Positions 12,259 to 24,977 of a stretch of DNA of 64,000 nucleotides are shown here, piece after piece. The translations under genes and the position numbers were made by a program. Every line of letters begins with the position of its first letter. Positions within the stretch are counted from its first letter, which is position 1. This DNA is from Octopus vulgaris. Lineage: Eukaryota. The DNA lies in contig OX597828.1 of NCBI GenBank assembly GCA_951406725.2, positions 75,888,001-75,952,000 on the forward strand. The letters are read 5' to 3'. The notes under the pieces were generated by a model. It did not search any database, was not told the origin of the DNA, and was given only the letters and a program-made list of their open reading frames with translations.

Positions 12259-12794
12259 ACATGGAGGTCACCATTGTCATCAGAACAGTTGCATATATTA
12301 AACAACTCACAAAATAAAACTATATATTTTTTGGAAATGGAAGGGCGGATTGAAAAAGTTAATTTTAGATTCTCTTTAAGAGTTAATTATCCACAACTAA
12401 AAGACGTTTAACAATATATTCACGCACAAATGACAGAGAAGGTAACAACTGCCTTATTATGGGTTTTTTTTTTTAACTACAACAGTTTTTATACTGGAAG
12501 GATTTGGGACTCGGAAAGTTTCGCTCAAAATTTAGGGATAAGTAGGATTATTAAGAATATGTTAATGAAAATTGTAATTAAGTTTCTTATTAGGATTCTA
12601 AGCATCGCCACTTTAATATTGAACATGTTCGATGCTGTATCTACAAATTACTTTGTTAACAAATCGGTTATTAACTAAATGGGGCAGGCTCTATTTTTTT
12701 TTTTTCATCTCCTGCAACAACAAACGACAAGAATACACTGTATCGTCAGTTTAATCTACGCCGTATGTTCCTCGTTATTATTTCAACTGACCAA

Positions 12795-12965
12795 TGACGT
12801 TGAGCTAGCAGAATCGTTAACACACCGGTCAAAAGGATTGCTGGCATTTATTACGGGTTTACAAGATGAACTCTGCCGTTCATTCACAATAAAGTACGAG
12901 CCAAAAACTTGGGTCGATGAAATCGATTAGTCCCCACTCTCGTAATTCCAGGCCTTGTGCCTATA
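12795..12965 (+). mobile_element. SINE family C, diverged
   Basis: gagctagcagaatcgttaacacaccgg...gggtcgatgaaatcgattagtcccc...ggccttgtgcctata. Confidence 0.7.
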
Positions 12966-12974
12966 CCACTGCTA

Positions 12975-13231
12975 TTCCATCGACGAGGGCTCCAGTTCAT
13001 CCGATCAAGGGAACGGCTTGTTCGTGAAGTTAACGTGGCTGAGAACTCCATAGACACGTGTACCCTTAACGTAGATCTCAGGAGGATTCAGCGTGACACA
13101 GAATGTGACAAGGCTGGCTTTTTGTATTACAGGTGCAAATCATTTTTGCCAGCTGAGTGAACTGGAGCAACATGAAGTGAAGTGTCTTGCTCAAGGATAT
13201 AACGCATCGTCGGGTATTGAACTCATGACCT

Positions 13232-13234
<3 letters not shown>
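12975..13234 (-). mobile_element. SINE group B, head 2 + tail 2
   Basis: Reverse complement: ccttgagcaagacacttcacttcatgttgctccagttcactcagctgg, then ccttgtcacattctgtgtcacgctgaatc...ctacgttaagggtacacgtgtc. Confidence 0.85.
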
Positions 13235-13298
<64 letters not shown>

Positions 13299-13347
13299 CA
13301 GACAGACGGCTATGTATGTATGTATGTATGTATTTATGTATGCATGA

Positions 13348-13719
13348 GGCGCAATGGCCCAATGGTTAGGGCAGCGAAGTCACGGTCGTAGGATCGCGGT
13401 TTCGATTCCCAGACCGAGTGTTGTGAGTGTTTATCGAGCGAAAACACCTAAAGCTCAACCAGTCTCCGGCAGGGGGTTGTGGCGAACCTTGTTGTACCCT
13501 TTCCCCACAACTTTCTCTCTTTCTTCCTGTTTCTGTTGTACCTGTATTTGAAAGGGCCAGCCTCGTCACACACTGTGTCACACTGAATCACCTCGATAAC
13601 TACGTTAAGGGTACACGTGTCTGTGGAGAGCTCAGCCACTTGTACGTTAATTTCACGAGCAGACTGTTCTGTTGATCGGATCAACTGGAACCCTCGTCGT
13701 CGCGTCGTAACAGACGGAG

Positions 13720-13724
<5 letters not shown>
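13348..13724 (+). mobile_element. SINE group B, head 1 + tail 2, full length
   Basis: ggcgcaatggcccaatggttagggcagcg...ctacgttaagggtacacgtgtc...gacggagtgcca. Confidence 0.9.
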
Positions 13725-13756
<32 letters not shown>

Positions 13757-13834
13757 ACATTAATGGAGTCAGATTTAAGTGTTAGACTCTACAAGATATG
13801 CAGAATGTATAAATATTCATTATAGTATAGCAGT

Positions 13835-14146
13835 GTTGTTGTTTGTTCCTTCTCGATCCATGCCTGGCGCATAAAGGCTGGTTTCTTTGTTTCATTGGCG
13901 TATAGGTTCCCCACCTGGACGGGACGCCGGTCCGTCCCAGGTAAGCTGCTACATGCAGGAGGAAAGAGAGAGAGAGAGAGAGAAAGTTGTGGCGAAAGAA
14001 ATCAGCAGAAGTTCGCCATTACCTTTTGATGGAGTCACGTGGAGCTTAGATGTTTCGCTCATAAACACACACATCGCCGGTCTAAGATTTGAACTCGCGA
14101 TCCCTCGACGGCGAGTCCGCTGCTCTAACCACTAGGACATGTACCT
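13835..14146 (-). mobile_element. SINE group B, head 1 + tail 3
   Basis: Reverse complement: agtggttagagcagcggactcgccgtcg...gagcgaaacatctaagctccacg...gacggaccggcgtcccgtccaggtggggaa...(caa)n. Confidence 0.85.
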
Positions 14147-15589
14147 CTACTGTAGCAGGGCAGCTTTGTTGATTTTCAAGGCAGAATGTCTAGATATAAC
14201 TTTGAATACGCAAATAATTGTTCAATACTATATACTGCAGGACTATATATATATTATAGTATTTATGCCAGATGTGAATCCAAAAGTTTTGTGATTTGAA
14301 CTCGGAAACTCTAGATGTGAATCTAAATACATAAGTAAATATTGAATGTTTGAAATCTCAACGGCATTTATAATACATCATACGAACAGAATACAATTTG
14401 TATCTAGCAGGAAATTTATAAACCATGTAATACGGAGATCGGAAAACTAATTTAATATTAGTGTAATTTTAGGATCTTCAGAGATAATAACATTTCGGCA
14501 ATGATTATACGTACATACATACATACATACATACATATGTATGTGTACATATGTTTGCATGTATGTATAAATCTATACATATATATATATATACACATAT
14601 GCGCATGTATGTATACATATATATGCACAGCATATAAATGCATATGCGCGCGCGTGGAAGCGGCTGTTAATGCTAGTAAACTAAATTGAGAATTGAGTAA
14701 TAGAACATCAGTACAAGAAACATTAGTAGCTGTATGCTACAATAAAATTTATTTCTCAGCAAGTATATTTTAATACTGAGTATCTCCAACTTGTATATCG
14801 AACTCCGCAATTTTCTTCTAATCACACAATCAGATCTCAAGTAATCGTTTCGTGTCTTTTACAACTAAGTATGTGTTATTAACACTTTTACTATATGAAG
14901 GCTATTAGTTAGGAACTACGCTATTGTATCTATCCAATCTGTATATCATGTACAAACATAAGACTGCATATACATATACATAAGTAAAGCCAAGACTGAT
15001 ATGGCGGAACGTTGCTTACACAATGAAGTCTTCTAAATAACAATTTTACTATTCAGGCTTTGCTTTCATTAAATCTAATAAGTATGGTTATCGGTTTTTC
15101 CAGTGTTGCGTAATTGCACGTCTGACTAATGATAAAATCCCAGTTCCACACACACAAACACACACATACATGTGTATTTCTCTAACATGTGTGCTTGTGA
15201 GTACATATAAATATATGTATAAATGAATATATATATATATGAATACAGACATACGCTATCTTGGGCATGATTATAGCTTAGAATAAAAAACTACAATAGT
15301 AATAAAAAATACGATATGACAACCGACAAGATGGTAAAAAGAAGTATATTAATGTGCTAAAATTCATATTTTATTGCTGTGTATCAATTTAACAGTCTGT
15401 AGTGATGTAAAGAGATCTGGTATGGGTGATGGTGTTTGTGTTGGCGGCGGTTGTATATGGGTTGGTATCTGTGGTGAGATAGTGCAATTTGAAACAGACA
15501 GATACTCTAAATGTCTATGGAATTGAATTCTTCGATATCCATTTTATCTGTCTCCCCCCCCCACTAAAAAAGATGCTTAATTTCATTTA

Positions 15590-15621
<32 letters not shown>

Positions 15622-15624
15622 GTT

Positions 15625-15825
15625 ACATGTTTCTATCATTAGATTTCGGCCATGCTGGAGCACCGCCTTGAAAAATTTATTTTAGTTGAATGAACTGACC
15701 CCAGTACTTCTTTCTTGATAAGCCTAGAACTTATTCTTTCGGTCTCTTTTGCCGAACCGCAAAGTTACGGGGATATAAACACACCAATGCCAGTTGTCAA
15801 GCAGTGGTCGGGGACAGAGACACAA

Positions 15826-15868
<43 letters not shown>

Positions 15869-15900
15869 CTGACAGGCTTCTTTTAGTTTCCATCTACCAA
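15625..15900 (-). mobile_element. SINE family A, 5'-truncated
   Basis: ggccatgctggagcaccgcctt...ggtctcttttgccgaaccgc...gacaggcttcttttagtttccatctaccaa. Confidence 0.85.
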
Positions 15901-16289
15901 AGTTGGAGACGCTTTAATTCGTTCTAATTTACAAGCCACTAGGGCAAACATATAGCTCTGCAAATTTACACACACACACCTACCTATAGCAAGGTGTCTT
16001 TACCGATTTTACAGCTTCAATACCTCTTCGATGTTCATATGTCTACCACATCTAGAGTTTACCTTTTAGATGAGATTTGGTAGAACATCAGAAATATACT
16101 TGCAAATTTAGCTACGATCATTTGCATTCTTGGGGTGGGGAAACACACTTATTCCTCCACCCGTCCTTAACACTGCAGTTAGCCGTGCATGGGCTTAACG
16201 CTGCCATTCAGCTTACCTGGGGTTAACTCTTTCAATCACCCTACTTGAAGGTAACTGCCGTTCATGTGTAATATGGGTTACAAGTTTTC

Positions 16290-16470
16290 GTTCAAGGCCG
16301 TCAGTTTCGAAGAGAGGGTATGACTCCAGTGTTCAACTGGTACTTTATCGACACCGAAAATAGGTAAGGCAAAGTCAACCTCGGCGGAATTTGAACTAAG
16401 AACGTAAAGACGGATGAAATTCCACCAAGTGTTTCGCTTGACGTGCTCACAATTCTGCCAATCGGCCGAT
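16290..16470 (-). mobile_element. SINE family C
   Basis: caactggtactttatcgacaccgaaa...ggcaaagtcaacctcggcggaatttgaactaagaacgtaaagacgg. Confidence 0.8.
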
Positions 16471-16726
16471 CCGATGTGTAATATTAACATGATAGCTAAA
16501 AGGTTCAAATCATTTACCGTTTGTGGTTCTAGAGATTATGAATGAAAACAATGACCACACAAGAAACTAATGTATGCATTTTAAGTAAAGAAAAAGAAAA
16601 CAGGCTTTTCAAACACAAATGATAAAATAACCTAATATACCATGGACGATGAAGCCAGTTCCCACAAAGCACAAATTCTAGTTGCATAACCTGCTGAGAT
16701 TATTGTTCATGCGATGTTTAAGATGT

Positions 16727-17103
16727 ATTCTCTCTTACTTGTTTCAGTCATTTAACTGTGGCCATGCTGGAGGACCGCCTTTAGTCGAGCAAATCGACCC
16801 CAGGACTTATTCTTTGTAAGCCTAGTATTTATTCTATCGGTGCCTTTTGCCGAACCGCTAGGTTACGGGGACGTGAACACACCAGCATCGGTTGTCACGT
16901 GATGTTGGGGGGACACACAAACATATACTCGCACGTACATATATATATATATATACGACGGGCTTCTTTTAGTTTCCGCCTACCAAATCCACTCACAAGG
17001 CTTTGGTCGGCCCGAGGCTACAGTAGAAGACACTTGTCCAAGGTGCCGCGCAGTGGGACTGAACCAGGAACTATGTGGTTGGTAAGCAAGCTACTTACCA
17101 CAC
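16727..17103 (-). mobile_element. SINE family A, near full length
   Basis: ttacttgtttcagtcattt...aaatccactcacaaggctttggtcggcccgaggct...gctacttaccacac. Confidence 0.9.
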
Positions 17104-17719
17104 GCGATGTAAATAACCACCGTGTCACTGATGCCAAAGTTAAAGGCATTTTGTTGCCTTCAGATTGGGGTATTAAGAGGTCAACGATTTAAAAGAGAAT
17201 TGAGCGTAATAAAAGAAATTTTCGAGAAAATGTTACAAAAGTGTCTATGAATATGTTTGGGGAAACCACGAAACCGAAAATCGATTCTGAAAAACGTAGA
17301 TGGTATTTTTATGTTATACAAAGCAATGTCGTGCGATGTCATTAAAGGATTATTGATGAACATTGGGGCTATTTTTTTCCGGACAAACAGCGTGCAGTAA
17401 CAGTGAATGTTGTAAGAAGGATATTTCTGCCAAAAAACTTATTGACTGCTTCATTATTTAAGAGAGATATGCTTGAGACAAAATACAAAGGATCAAGTCA
17501 AGGTAATTTCTAAACAACAATTAAACATGGAACTGTGGGTCGTTAAAAACTGAATTGTATGACATTAAAGAAAGCTGACTGTACAGAGAAATATTACCAA
17601 ATTCTTTGAATTACACACACAAACTCCCCACCCGCTAAGTATCAGATATCTTTAATCTTGACCCTATCCAGCCCCAACTTTCGGATCTCAGTAATATTTA
17701 TTTACAGACACTGAAATGT

Positions 17720-18260
17720 ATACTGTTGTTGCTTATGTGGTAAATGTTGATTTTTCGGATTTGATCAAGCAAATCTCTGATTAGCATTCCACCCATGACT
17801 ATCCCCCCTCGTCAGACAGTGTCGAATGTGCCCTATTTTAAAATAGCAAGCTCTCATTTGAAATAGATTTCCAACTACTTTTAACAATCCTTATGCTCCG
17901 GAACCTGATCTCTGTAATGGTGGTTGGTAATGGTCGTCGCTGATCCGGCAGACGGATGATCAAAGCCGTTCCATCTGTGACAATTCCATCTGTTATTGTA
18001 GCAGTGGTGATAATCACATCGGTAGCTTTGTTTGTATCGACAAGCATATGACGGCTAGTAGTGTTGTTTAACCCTCGGTTACTACTGCACTTACCGATGG
18101 ATGATTAAAGTCGTATAGCAATGTTGACCCAGCCTCATGACTAATCAAACAGACCCAAGATGAAAGGACTTCCAGCGTTTTATGAGAAATTACATTATCC
18201 GATGTTTTTTTTTGTTTCTTTTGAAGACTGACACGTTATCTGATTTATAGCTTCTATTTC
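17720..18260 (-). mobile_element. Cluster of old dispersed-repeat remnants, related to pieces near 33590-33710 and 59930-60130
   Basis: Recurring gttgttt...gatcaaag...ttcca...gtgac motif; its reverse (ggaatgcctttgatcatag) occurs at about 33650. Highly diverged. Confidence 0.35.
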
Positions 18261-18419
18261 TAGCAGATGTTCAGTCGCTGAATCGCTGTTGTTTTGTCGT
18301 CAATAAAAGTTATGGTAATGATGATACTAAAAGATTTGTTGGTATTCGGGTATTAGTGACAGAGAAGAGGCGAAGGAATGTATCCATTATTTCGGCAATA
18401 ATAATTTTCACAATCATAA

Positions 18420-18710
18420 AATGACCATCATGTCCATCACCATCGTCGTCCTTACCATTTTCACCATCATTAACATTTCCATTATCATTTGTATCTACAT
18501 TATCATCATTATTGTCGCAACGACGACAACGGCCTTGACTACCATCGATACAATCATCCTCGTCGCTCGCATCACCTCCACAACGATTGTCTTTGTCGCC
18601 ACCACCACCATCAGAATTGCCTTCATCCTCATCATCACCATCGTCATCATCACTATAACATCACCACAACCACCACCATCATCGTTTTCACCACCACCAC
18701 CACCACGTTC
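18420..18710. repeat. Degenerate (CAT/CAC)n trinucleotide repeat
   Basis: Seen directly. Confidence 0.8.
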
Positions 18711-19791
18711 TCCAGTATTATCACTGCTAGTGTTGTTATCAATTTGCTTTTAGTAGAATGAGGAGCTGATGACGTCATTGCTTCTCTCCATATAAGATGT
18801 CAGAGGATGATTTATGACACGATGGAGCTCAGCCATCGGCCATTTTAGCACTGTGTGTATGTGTATGTCCGCCTATGCTTGTTCATCCTTCTATGTCTGC
18901 ATGTAAGTAATGCATACGCTGTTTGTGTGTGTGTGTGTGTGATTGGGCGTGTTTGCATGTGTGCGTTCTATGTCTGTGTGTCCCTTGCACGTGAACCACG
19001 CGTTTATGTTCTTGTGTGAGACCATGTGTGTGGACATGTAACATTATGTGCACGAGTGTGCACGTACTACTTGTTAGTGTGCATATATGCATATAAGCGT
19101 GTATGAGTCGGCCATTTCAAATGCAAACCATTTTCTGTCATTTCTGTTTTACCGATTTGCTTTTCTTCTCTTCATTCATGGAAGAAACAATGGAAACATG
19201 ATGGAGGTGCAAAGGAAAGAAGTTCACTAAAGCATCAATTGTGATAACTTTCTCATACACGAAGATCCACCCGTGATTCTCTTACACTATAATCCAGTTC
19301 TGATATATGGTTAGTTACGGCCTTCGAGGGAGCCAGCTTCAATGTAGTCGATCGACCTTGCCCCAAAAACCAGGTATATCTTCCTGAAATCACACCTTAC
19401 CATTTCACCAAAGTTGGAAGCCATATCAAATAATGCGATATCAGGTGTTGCATCTAAATAAAATATAATACGCCTCTTCTCACAGATAACGGCTGAGTAT
19501 ATTTTCTCGTAGATAAGGAAGGGCTTGATGGCCTTTTGTCACAAATCAACCAAATTAAAACTGATCTGGGTTTAAACTGCAATGGAATTCAAATGCAAAA
19601 ACAAAGGAAAATGGAAATTGTTTTATCTTCTAATTAATATTAAGTGACGGTGGGTTATGATTTCACCGGAGGCTCAGTTGCCTTTCGTTATATATAAAAA
19701 TAATGTTAACAAAAGTCAGCATGCGCAACGTTCAGTTACTCAATAAATGAAAAATGCATTAATTACTAAAAAAAATAGAAAAACGTAGGCA

Positions 19792-19994
19792 TAGGTGCAG
19801 GAATGGCTGTGGTAAGAAGCTTGCTTCCCAACACCACGGTTCTGAGTTCAGTCTCTCTGCATGGCACCTTGGCAAAATTCTTCTATAGCTTCGGGCCGAC
19901 CAAAGCCTTGTGAGTGGAGTTTATCGACGGAAACAGAAAGAAGCCCATCTTAAATATACATATATATATATTATATATATATATATATACACCC

Positions 19995-20056
<62 letters not shown>

Positions 20057-20262
20057 GCATGTGTGTGTTTGTCCCCAAACATCGCTTCACAACCGATGCT
20101 GATGTGTTTACGTCCCCGTAACATTAGCGGTTCACCATTAAGGACCGATACAATAGGTACTAGGCTTACAAAGAATAAGACCTGGGGTCGATTTGCTCGA
20201 CAAAAGGCGGTGCACCAGCATGGCCACTGTCAAATAACTGAAACAAGTAAACGAGTAAAAGT
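19792..20262 (+). mobile_element. SINE family A, full length with expanded internal microsatellite
   Basis: ggtgcaggaatggctgtggtaagaagcttgc...gagttcagtc...actgaaacaagtaaacgagtaaaag. Confidence 0.9.
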
Positions 20263-21271
20263 GTATATATAAACGGGTCCTACTTTTTAAAATTCCATTT
20301 ATTTATTTGTGCAGCTGAACTTGGCGCTTCATTTAAACTGATGTCATAAGTGCATTATTCAATTAAATGAAGCCGCTTGAAACGGTCGCACTGCATTATT
20401 ATTCGATATCCTGTTGCTTATTTTGATTATATATATATATAATAATTAATAAGCCTCAAAGCCACATGTGAAGTTCATTTATAAAGTAGATAAATATTGT
20501 GATTTCTTTTTTAAAAACCCAAGTCGATGAAACTGGAGATGTTAGTGATGACAATCATGTTAATCTAATGTTCGTAATGATTATGAATGTTGTGATGATG
20601 ATTGTGATGGTTCTCTCATGATGGTGATGATATAAAGAGAATGCAACTAGAGGAAATCTGAGAAGAATAAAAGCAGTTTGAAAGAGTGTTTCGTAAGAGT
20701 TTTGTGGATATTTCAAATAAAAATGAACTGTGAATATAAGTTATTCTTATTTTTGCTGTTGTTCTTATTATCACAACCATATTACATTGTTTATGAAATC
20801 CAATAACCGAATTCTTGCACTTATTTGTAATAACTTCCTGTAGCATGTAGTGTTTAAGAAAGGAAATTCGATGCCTGCAAGGGGTTAATGGTCGTTGCAA
20901 GTCTCGCCTTGTCTAGTAGGTTTTTCACTATCGTAGAGTTTAGCAAGATAACGTTTGTAGGTCGGGGTTCTATCGTTTTATTTTTCTCTTGACAACAATA
21001 ACACAGCTGCTATTGTTGATGATATAATTGTGATGCTTTGCGAGAATTACTGTAACAATATAGCCGAGAGAAATAGAATTGTGTAGAGTTGATATGCATT
21101 TAATATGTAAAGTGACAGGAGGTTTATACAATGTCGCTATTATTGAAAGCAGAATAACAACAATTAAATAAATAATAAACAAATTTACATAGAGGCACAG
21201 GCGTAGCAAGAAACTTGTTTACCAACAACATGGTTCCAGGTTCAACCTCACTGCATGACATGTGTGTGTGT

Positions 21272-21565
21272 GAAGGTGCATGGCTCTGGTTAGAGCGTCG
21301 GGCTCATAATCATTACGTAGTAAGTTCGATTCCCAGAAAGCGGCAATCGTGTTCTGGAGCAAGGCACTTTATTTTACGTTGCTCCAGTTCACTCAGCTGT
21401 AGAAATGATTTGCGTGGTCACTAGTTGCAAGCTGTATCGACCGTTGCCTTTCCCTTAGCAGCCTTCGGTGGCGTGGAGACGATGGCATGCATGGGTTAAT
21501 GCTGCCTTCGATTAACAAACGTACCTCAGAGAGATAACTTTCTAGGTTCAATCTCATAGTCATGA
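21272..21565 (+). mobile_element. SINE group B, head 2 + tail 4
   Basis: gaaggtgcatggctctggttagagcgtcggg...gttcgattccc...gagcaaggcactttattttacgttgctccagttcactcagctg...ttgcctttccctt. Confidence 0.8.
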
Positions 21566-22084
21566 ATACCGTTTTACATTTCGTATTTGTTGCTGCGTAC
21601 TTAAATGTACATATACACGTATATACTCATGTAGGTGTGTGCGTGCGTGTAGAGAGAGTGTCAAGGAGGCTGCATCACACAGTTTAAGGTTCTTGTCAGT
21701 CAGGGACCGTACCGTATTTTCAATGAGGGTCAACTGTAAGCTCTAAGTATGTTTCTTTGTACAAGTATGGAACTTGGTACAGCATATATCTTCTTAGAGC
21801 TTCCTGGAGATTCTGCAAAAAGGAGATTAAAATCTAACATACCGTTCCGAGATTTCATTAACATTATCCAGAGAGGTTTTCTGTGGAAAGATTCTGTGGA
21901 ACGATATATCAAGCAACTGTATCTGTAGGTTCTGGAAGGTACTTGGACCATATATCTTGTGCAACAGTTCTCAGATTGAAATAATAATAATATTCCCTTC
22001 TTAAAAATCATAACTTCAAAAACTGAGGGCGCGGTTTCGAATAGAGGAAGAAAAAATTCATTGTTTCATAATTTCTATATACTG

Positions 22085-22230
22085 GTATCAAATTTTGGCT
22101 CCAGGTCAGTAATTTCAGGGAAGTGGGTAATTCGATCACATCGGCTCGAATGCTCAACCCGAAAGGATAAAAGACGCAAGAAATGCCGCTAAGCATTTTA
22201 CCCAGTGTGCTAAAGATACTGCCAGCTTGC
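22085..22230 (-). mobile_element. SINE family C, internally deleted
   Basis: aaagacgcaagaaatgccgctaagcattttacccagtgtgctaaagatactgccagcttgc. Confidence 0.7.
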
Positions 22231-22360
22231 AGCATATAATTTCTGTATGTCAATATCGAATCATGTTTCAAGTACCGTATACGTCTCTGTAATAGCACTG
22301 GTCTACAATTATATTTCACACAATTATAATTGGTAGAATACCTCTTGGAAAACTGTCTTA

Positions 22361-22667
22361 TTAACGCATTTCATTTGAAACATTAAAACTTCGAAAAGAT
22401 AGTACGCGGTTTCAAATACCACGGATGACATACTTAATCGCATTCGCTTTTTTCTTGCTTATAATTCTAAAACATTCAATAACATGCTCTATGAATCGAA
22501 CTACTAAAATTTAATAAAATTTGAAATATATTCAGACATTTTAGAAATAAACTCACAAATTCAAATATGAAAAAGAAGTAAATGGAAAATGAATTCCAAT
22601 CTCCGACAGCATTTGAAACCGTGTACTGACTTTACGAATATATCATATTTAAAGTGGCAAACTTTAA
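22361..22667. mobile_element. Foldback MITE bounded by TTAA
   Basis: ttcgaaaagatagtacgcggtttcaaatac versus reverse complement ttcgtaaagtcagtacacggtttcaaatgc; further weak inner arms; TTAA at both outer ends. Confidence 0.65.
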
Positions 22668-22875
22668 ACACATCACTACCGAACAACAGTTTCAGCCCAA
22701 TGTTTACATGTTAAAAGGTGGCGAGTTCATATTTCGTCGAGGTCGACTTTGCTTTTCATCCCTTTCAGGGTTGATAAAATAAGTAAACATACAAATTGCT
22801 GGCCTTGTAAAAGAATTTGAAACAAATACTTGCGTGCTTTTATTTATTGTATTATATGCTTCGAGACCCACAGTT

Positions 22876-22935
<60 letters not shown>

Positions 22936-22984
22936 ATATATAACATGTGTGTATGCCTTTTGTGGTTATAAACTATGAACATAG

Positions 22985-24531
22985 GGGTAGCATCAAAATT
23001 AATTTCTGATTTCCAGTTTTTCCCCCCTATTTGAAATCATTACAGTGCAAGAGTTGCATCATTGTGTTTGCACTGTGGCATCATCTTTAAAGGTAAAAAA
23101 AAATGGTCAGCACAGCTTTTGTTGTTGAAGAAAAATATTTCCTCAACTTTGATCCGATTGTAATTGAGGTTGCTAATAAAATTTTTGTTGTTTAACAATC
23201 AATATTCTTTTCTCTGTAGGATTCAAAGTCAAGTTTTTTCTCACACTAATGTCTGATTTGATAATTTTCAAGTTTTAAAAATGTCTAACATGGGGGGGTA
23301 AAATGAGTAATTAATTTTAGTAATTTGTTCTCTTTAACTGAATGGTGCCTAAATATACGAAGAAGAAAGACACTCCAGCGGATCGTGAAGAATGTGTAGA
23401 GAATATTTTATGCGAAGCGTTTTGATACAGTCGAGTTTCGTTGATTTTATACGTGCCATTCTCTTGTTTCAATTATTTAAGTTTTTTTTTTTTTTGCATT
23501 TCTGATCTTTCTAATGTCTCGGGATTGATATTTACGTGTATGAGCCTGTTTTCTGAAGAACTGAAGCGTGTAAATTTATTTAATCTTGACTTACTCATTT
23601 GGGCCCCCGGCTAAATTTCTCTGTTATATAACAGAACGGGGATAATTTTCTGAAATAGGGATCACTTTATGTCGTATTGTTTTTAATGTGTCTATGGAAG
23701 GTCATTCACTTCGCTGCTATAATGCTTGTGGTTAATATATATATTTTACCTCCCGGTTACCACAATAAAAGAAAAGAAACGGTCCAATAGCTGATTTAAA
23801 AAATAAGTATATAAAATATAATTAATTTTGAATATCATTTTTCTGTTAGAAAATGTTTTTTTTTTCTTACACTCACACTTATAGCTTCGCTTAATTAAGG
23901 TGCGACTAAAAATTTAAATTACCATTTTCTTTTTTGTTGATGCTTATATGCCACCAATGGCGCAGCGTGTGGTCCATTTGTATCATCATTAAGCGGGGAG
24001 GAGAGTTTTTAAAAATCATATTTCTAACAGCTTTTTCATAAAATGATGCTCCCTTTCATTTCGATAGTTGTGATGAAAAACAGATGGGAAAATCCCCGTC
24101 AAAGCAGAGAAATTCCAACTTAAGTTGTCTTCTTCATCCGAAATTCCGTTTTGCCGGAACTCCTCTCTCTACCCCCGGGGAAAACAATTTTTCTCCACAT
24201 ATTTCTTTATAATTGTAATCTATGCAACTTGAAAAGTACTTGTATAAATTTTCATCAAAAAGATGCCCATTTTCCTGACAGTTATGAGGGAAAAAATCTG
24301 ATGGTGTGAATTTTCCGAAAGCTCTCCTGCTCCCCAACCCTGTTCGTTTGCGCAATGTTTTTTTTTTTTTATATTCGTTTTCTACACATTTCTTTACACC
24401 TGCTAGACTGGATTTTTTTGTCTTGGTGACCGGGAGTTGAACTAGACAGTAACCGTATTTGTAAGATAGCGAACATTTGAAAAAATATATATTCTCAAAG
24501 TCAAAAATGCAGCAAAAACGCCTTGTGCCCC
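22985..24531. mobile_element. Putative non-autonomous DNA transposon or composite insert (about 1.55 kb)
   Basis: Microsatellite-free block beginning GGG and ending CCCC, flanked by CATAG at 22980-22984 and 24532-24536; internal inverted arms 22994-23040 and 23281-23320. Confidence 0.4.
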
Positions 24532-24689
24532 CATAGGATATGTGTGTGTATGCATTTGTGGTTATAAATTATGAATATAGGACAATTCCCAGGCATATGG
24601 AGTATTTTCACGTTGAACAACACTACAAATTAGACTTAATGCTTCACACAGCGTATTGCTACGTATCTTATCGTCTTTTTTAGGAATAT

Positions 24690-24975
24690 GGATTTACTAG
24701 GAGGAGAGGATTCCCAGTCCCCTCGCTCCTGCCCCATTTAGTCGTCTCTTACGCCACACAGGGAATACGGCGACTGCATTCTACTCCTTCCCACACACAC
24801 ACACACCAATGACAGCGGGGTTTGCTAGTTAACCCATTGCGGGGACCTTTACATCGGGCCAGTATAGAGCTGGGAACAATAGTGGCTAAGAGGTAGTTCT
24901 ACACACCTCTAATCCTGAAGCCAGGGCCCCAGGGTCCCACTACCGGATGTAGTTCATAGTCATAGCCAGGACGTT
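24690..24975 (-). mobile_element. RTE 5'-UTR-like segment, inverted relative to the adjacent RT
   Basis: Reverse complement begins gtcctggctatgactatgaactacatcc and contains cgtattccctgtgtggcgtaagagacgactaaa, motifs I recall from RTE 5' regions; homologous to about 32010-32155. Confidence 0.45.
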
Positions 24976-24977
24976 AG

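Noticed and set aside
13348-13420. tRNA-like sequence (also at 36059 and 62506)
   Set aside because: Acceptor and T stems do not close and the sequence continues into a SINE body; these are SINE heads, not tRNA genes.
18421-18761. Hydrophobic and His-rich ORFs (also 43706-43954)
   Set aside because: Degenerate trinucleotide repeats.
21730-22011. 93-aa minus-strand ORF with donor- and acceptor-like sites
   Set aside because: The sites would define a 30-nt intron, there is no recognisable homology, and I found no compatible partner exons.
22862-22880. cgaaactgtgggtc half-hammerhead next to (TA)n
   Set aside because: The CUGANGA half is absent; insufficient evidence.
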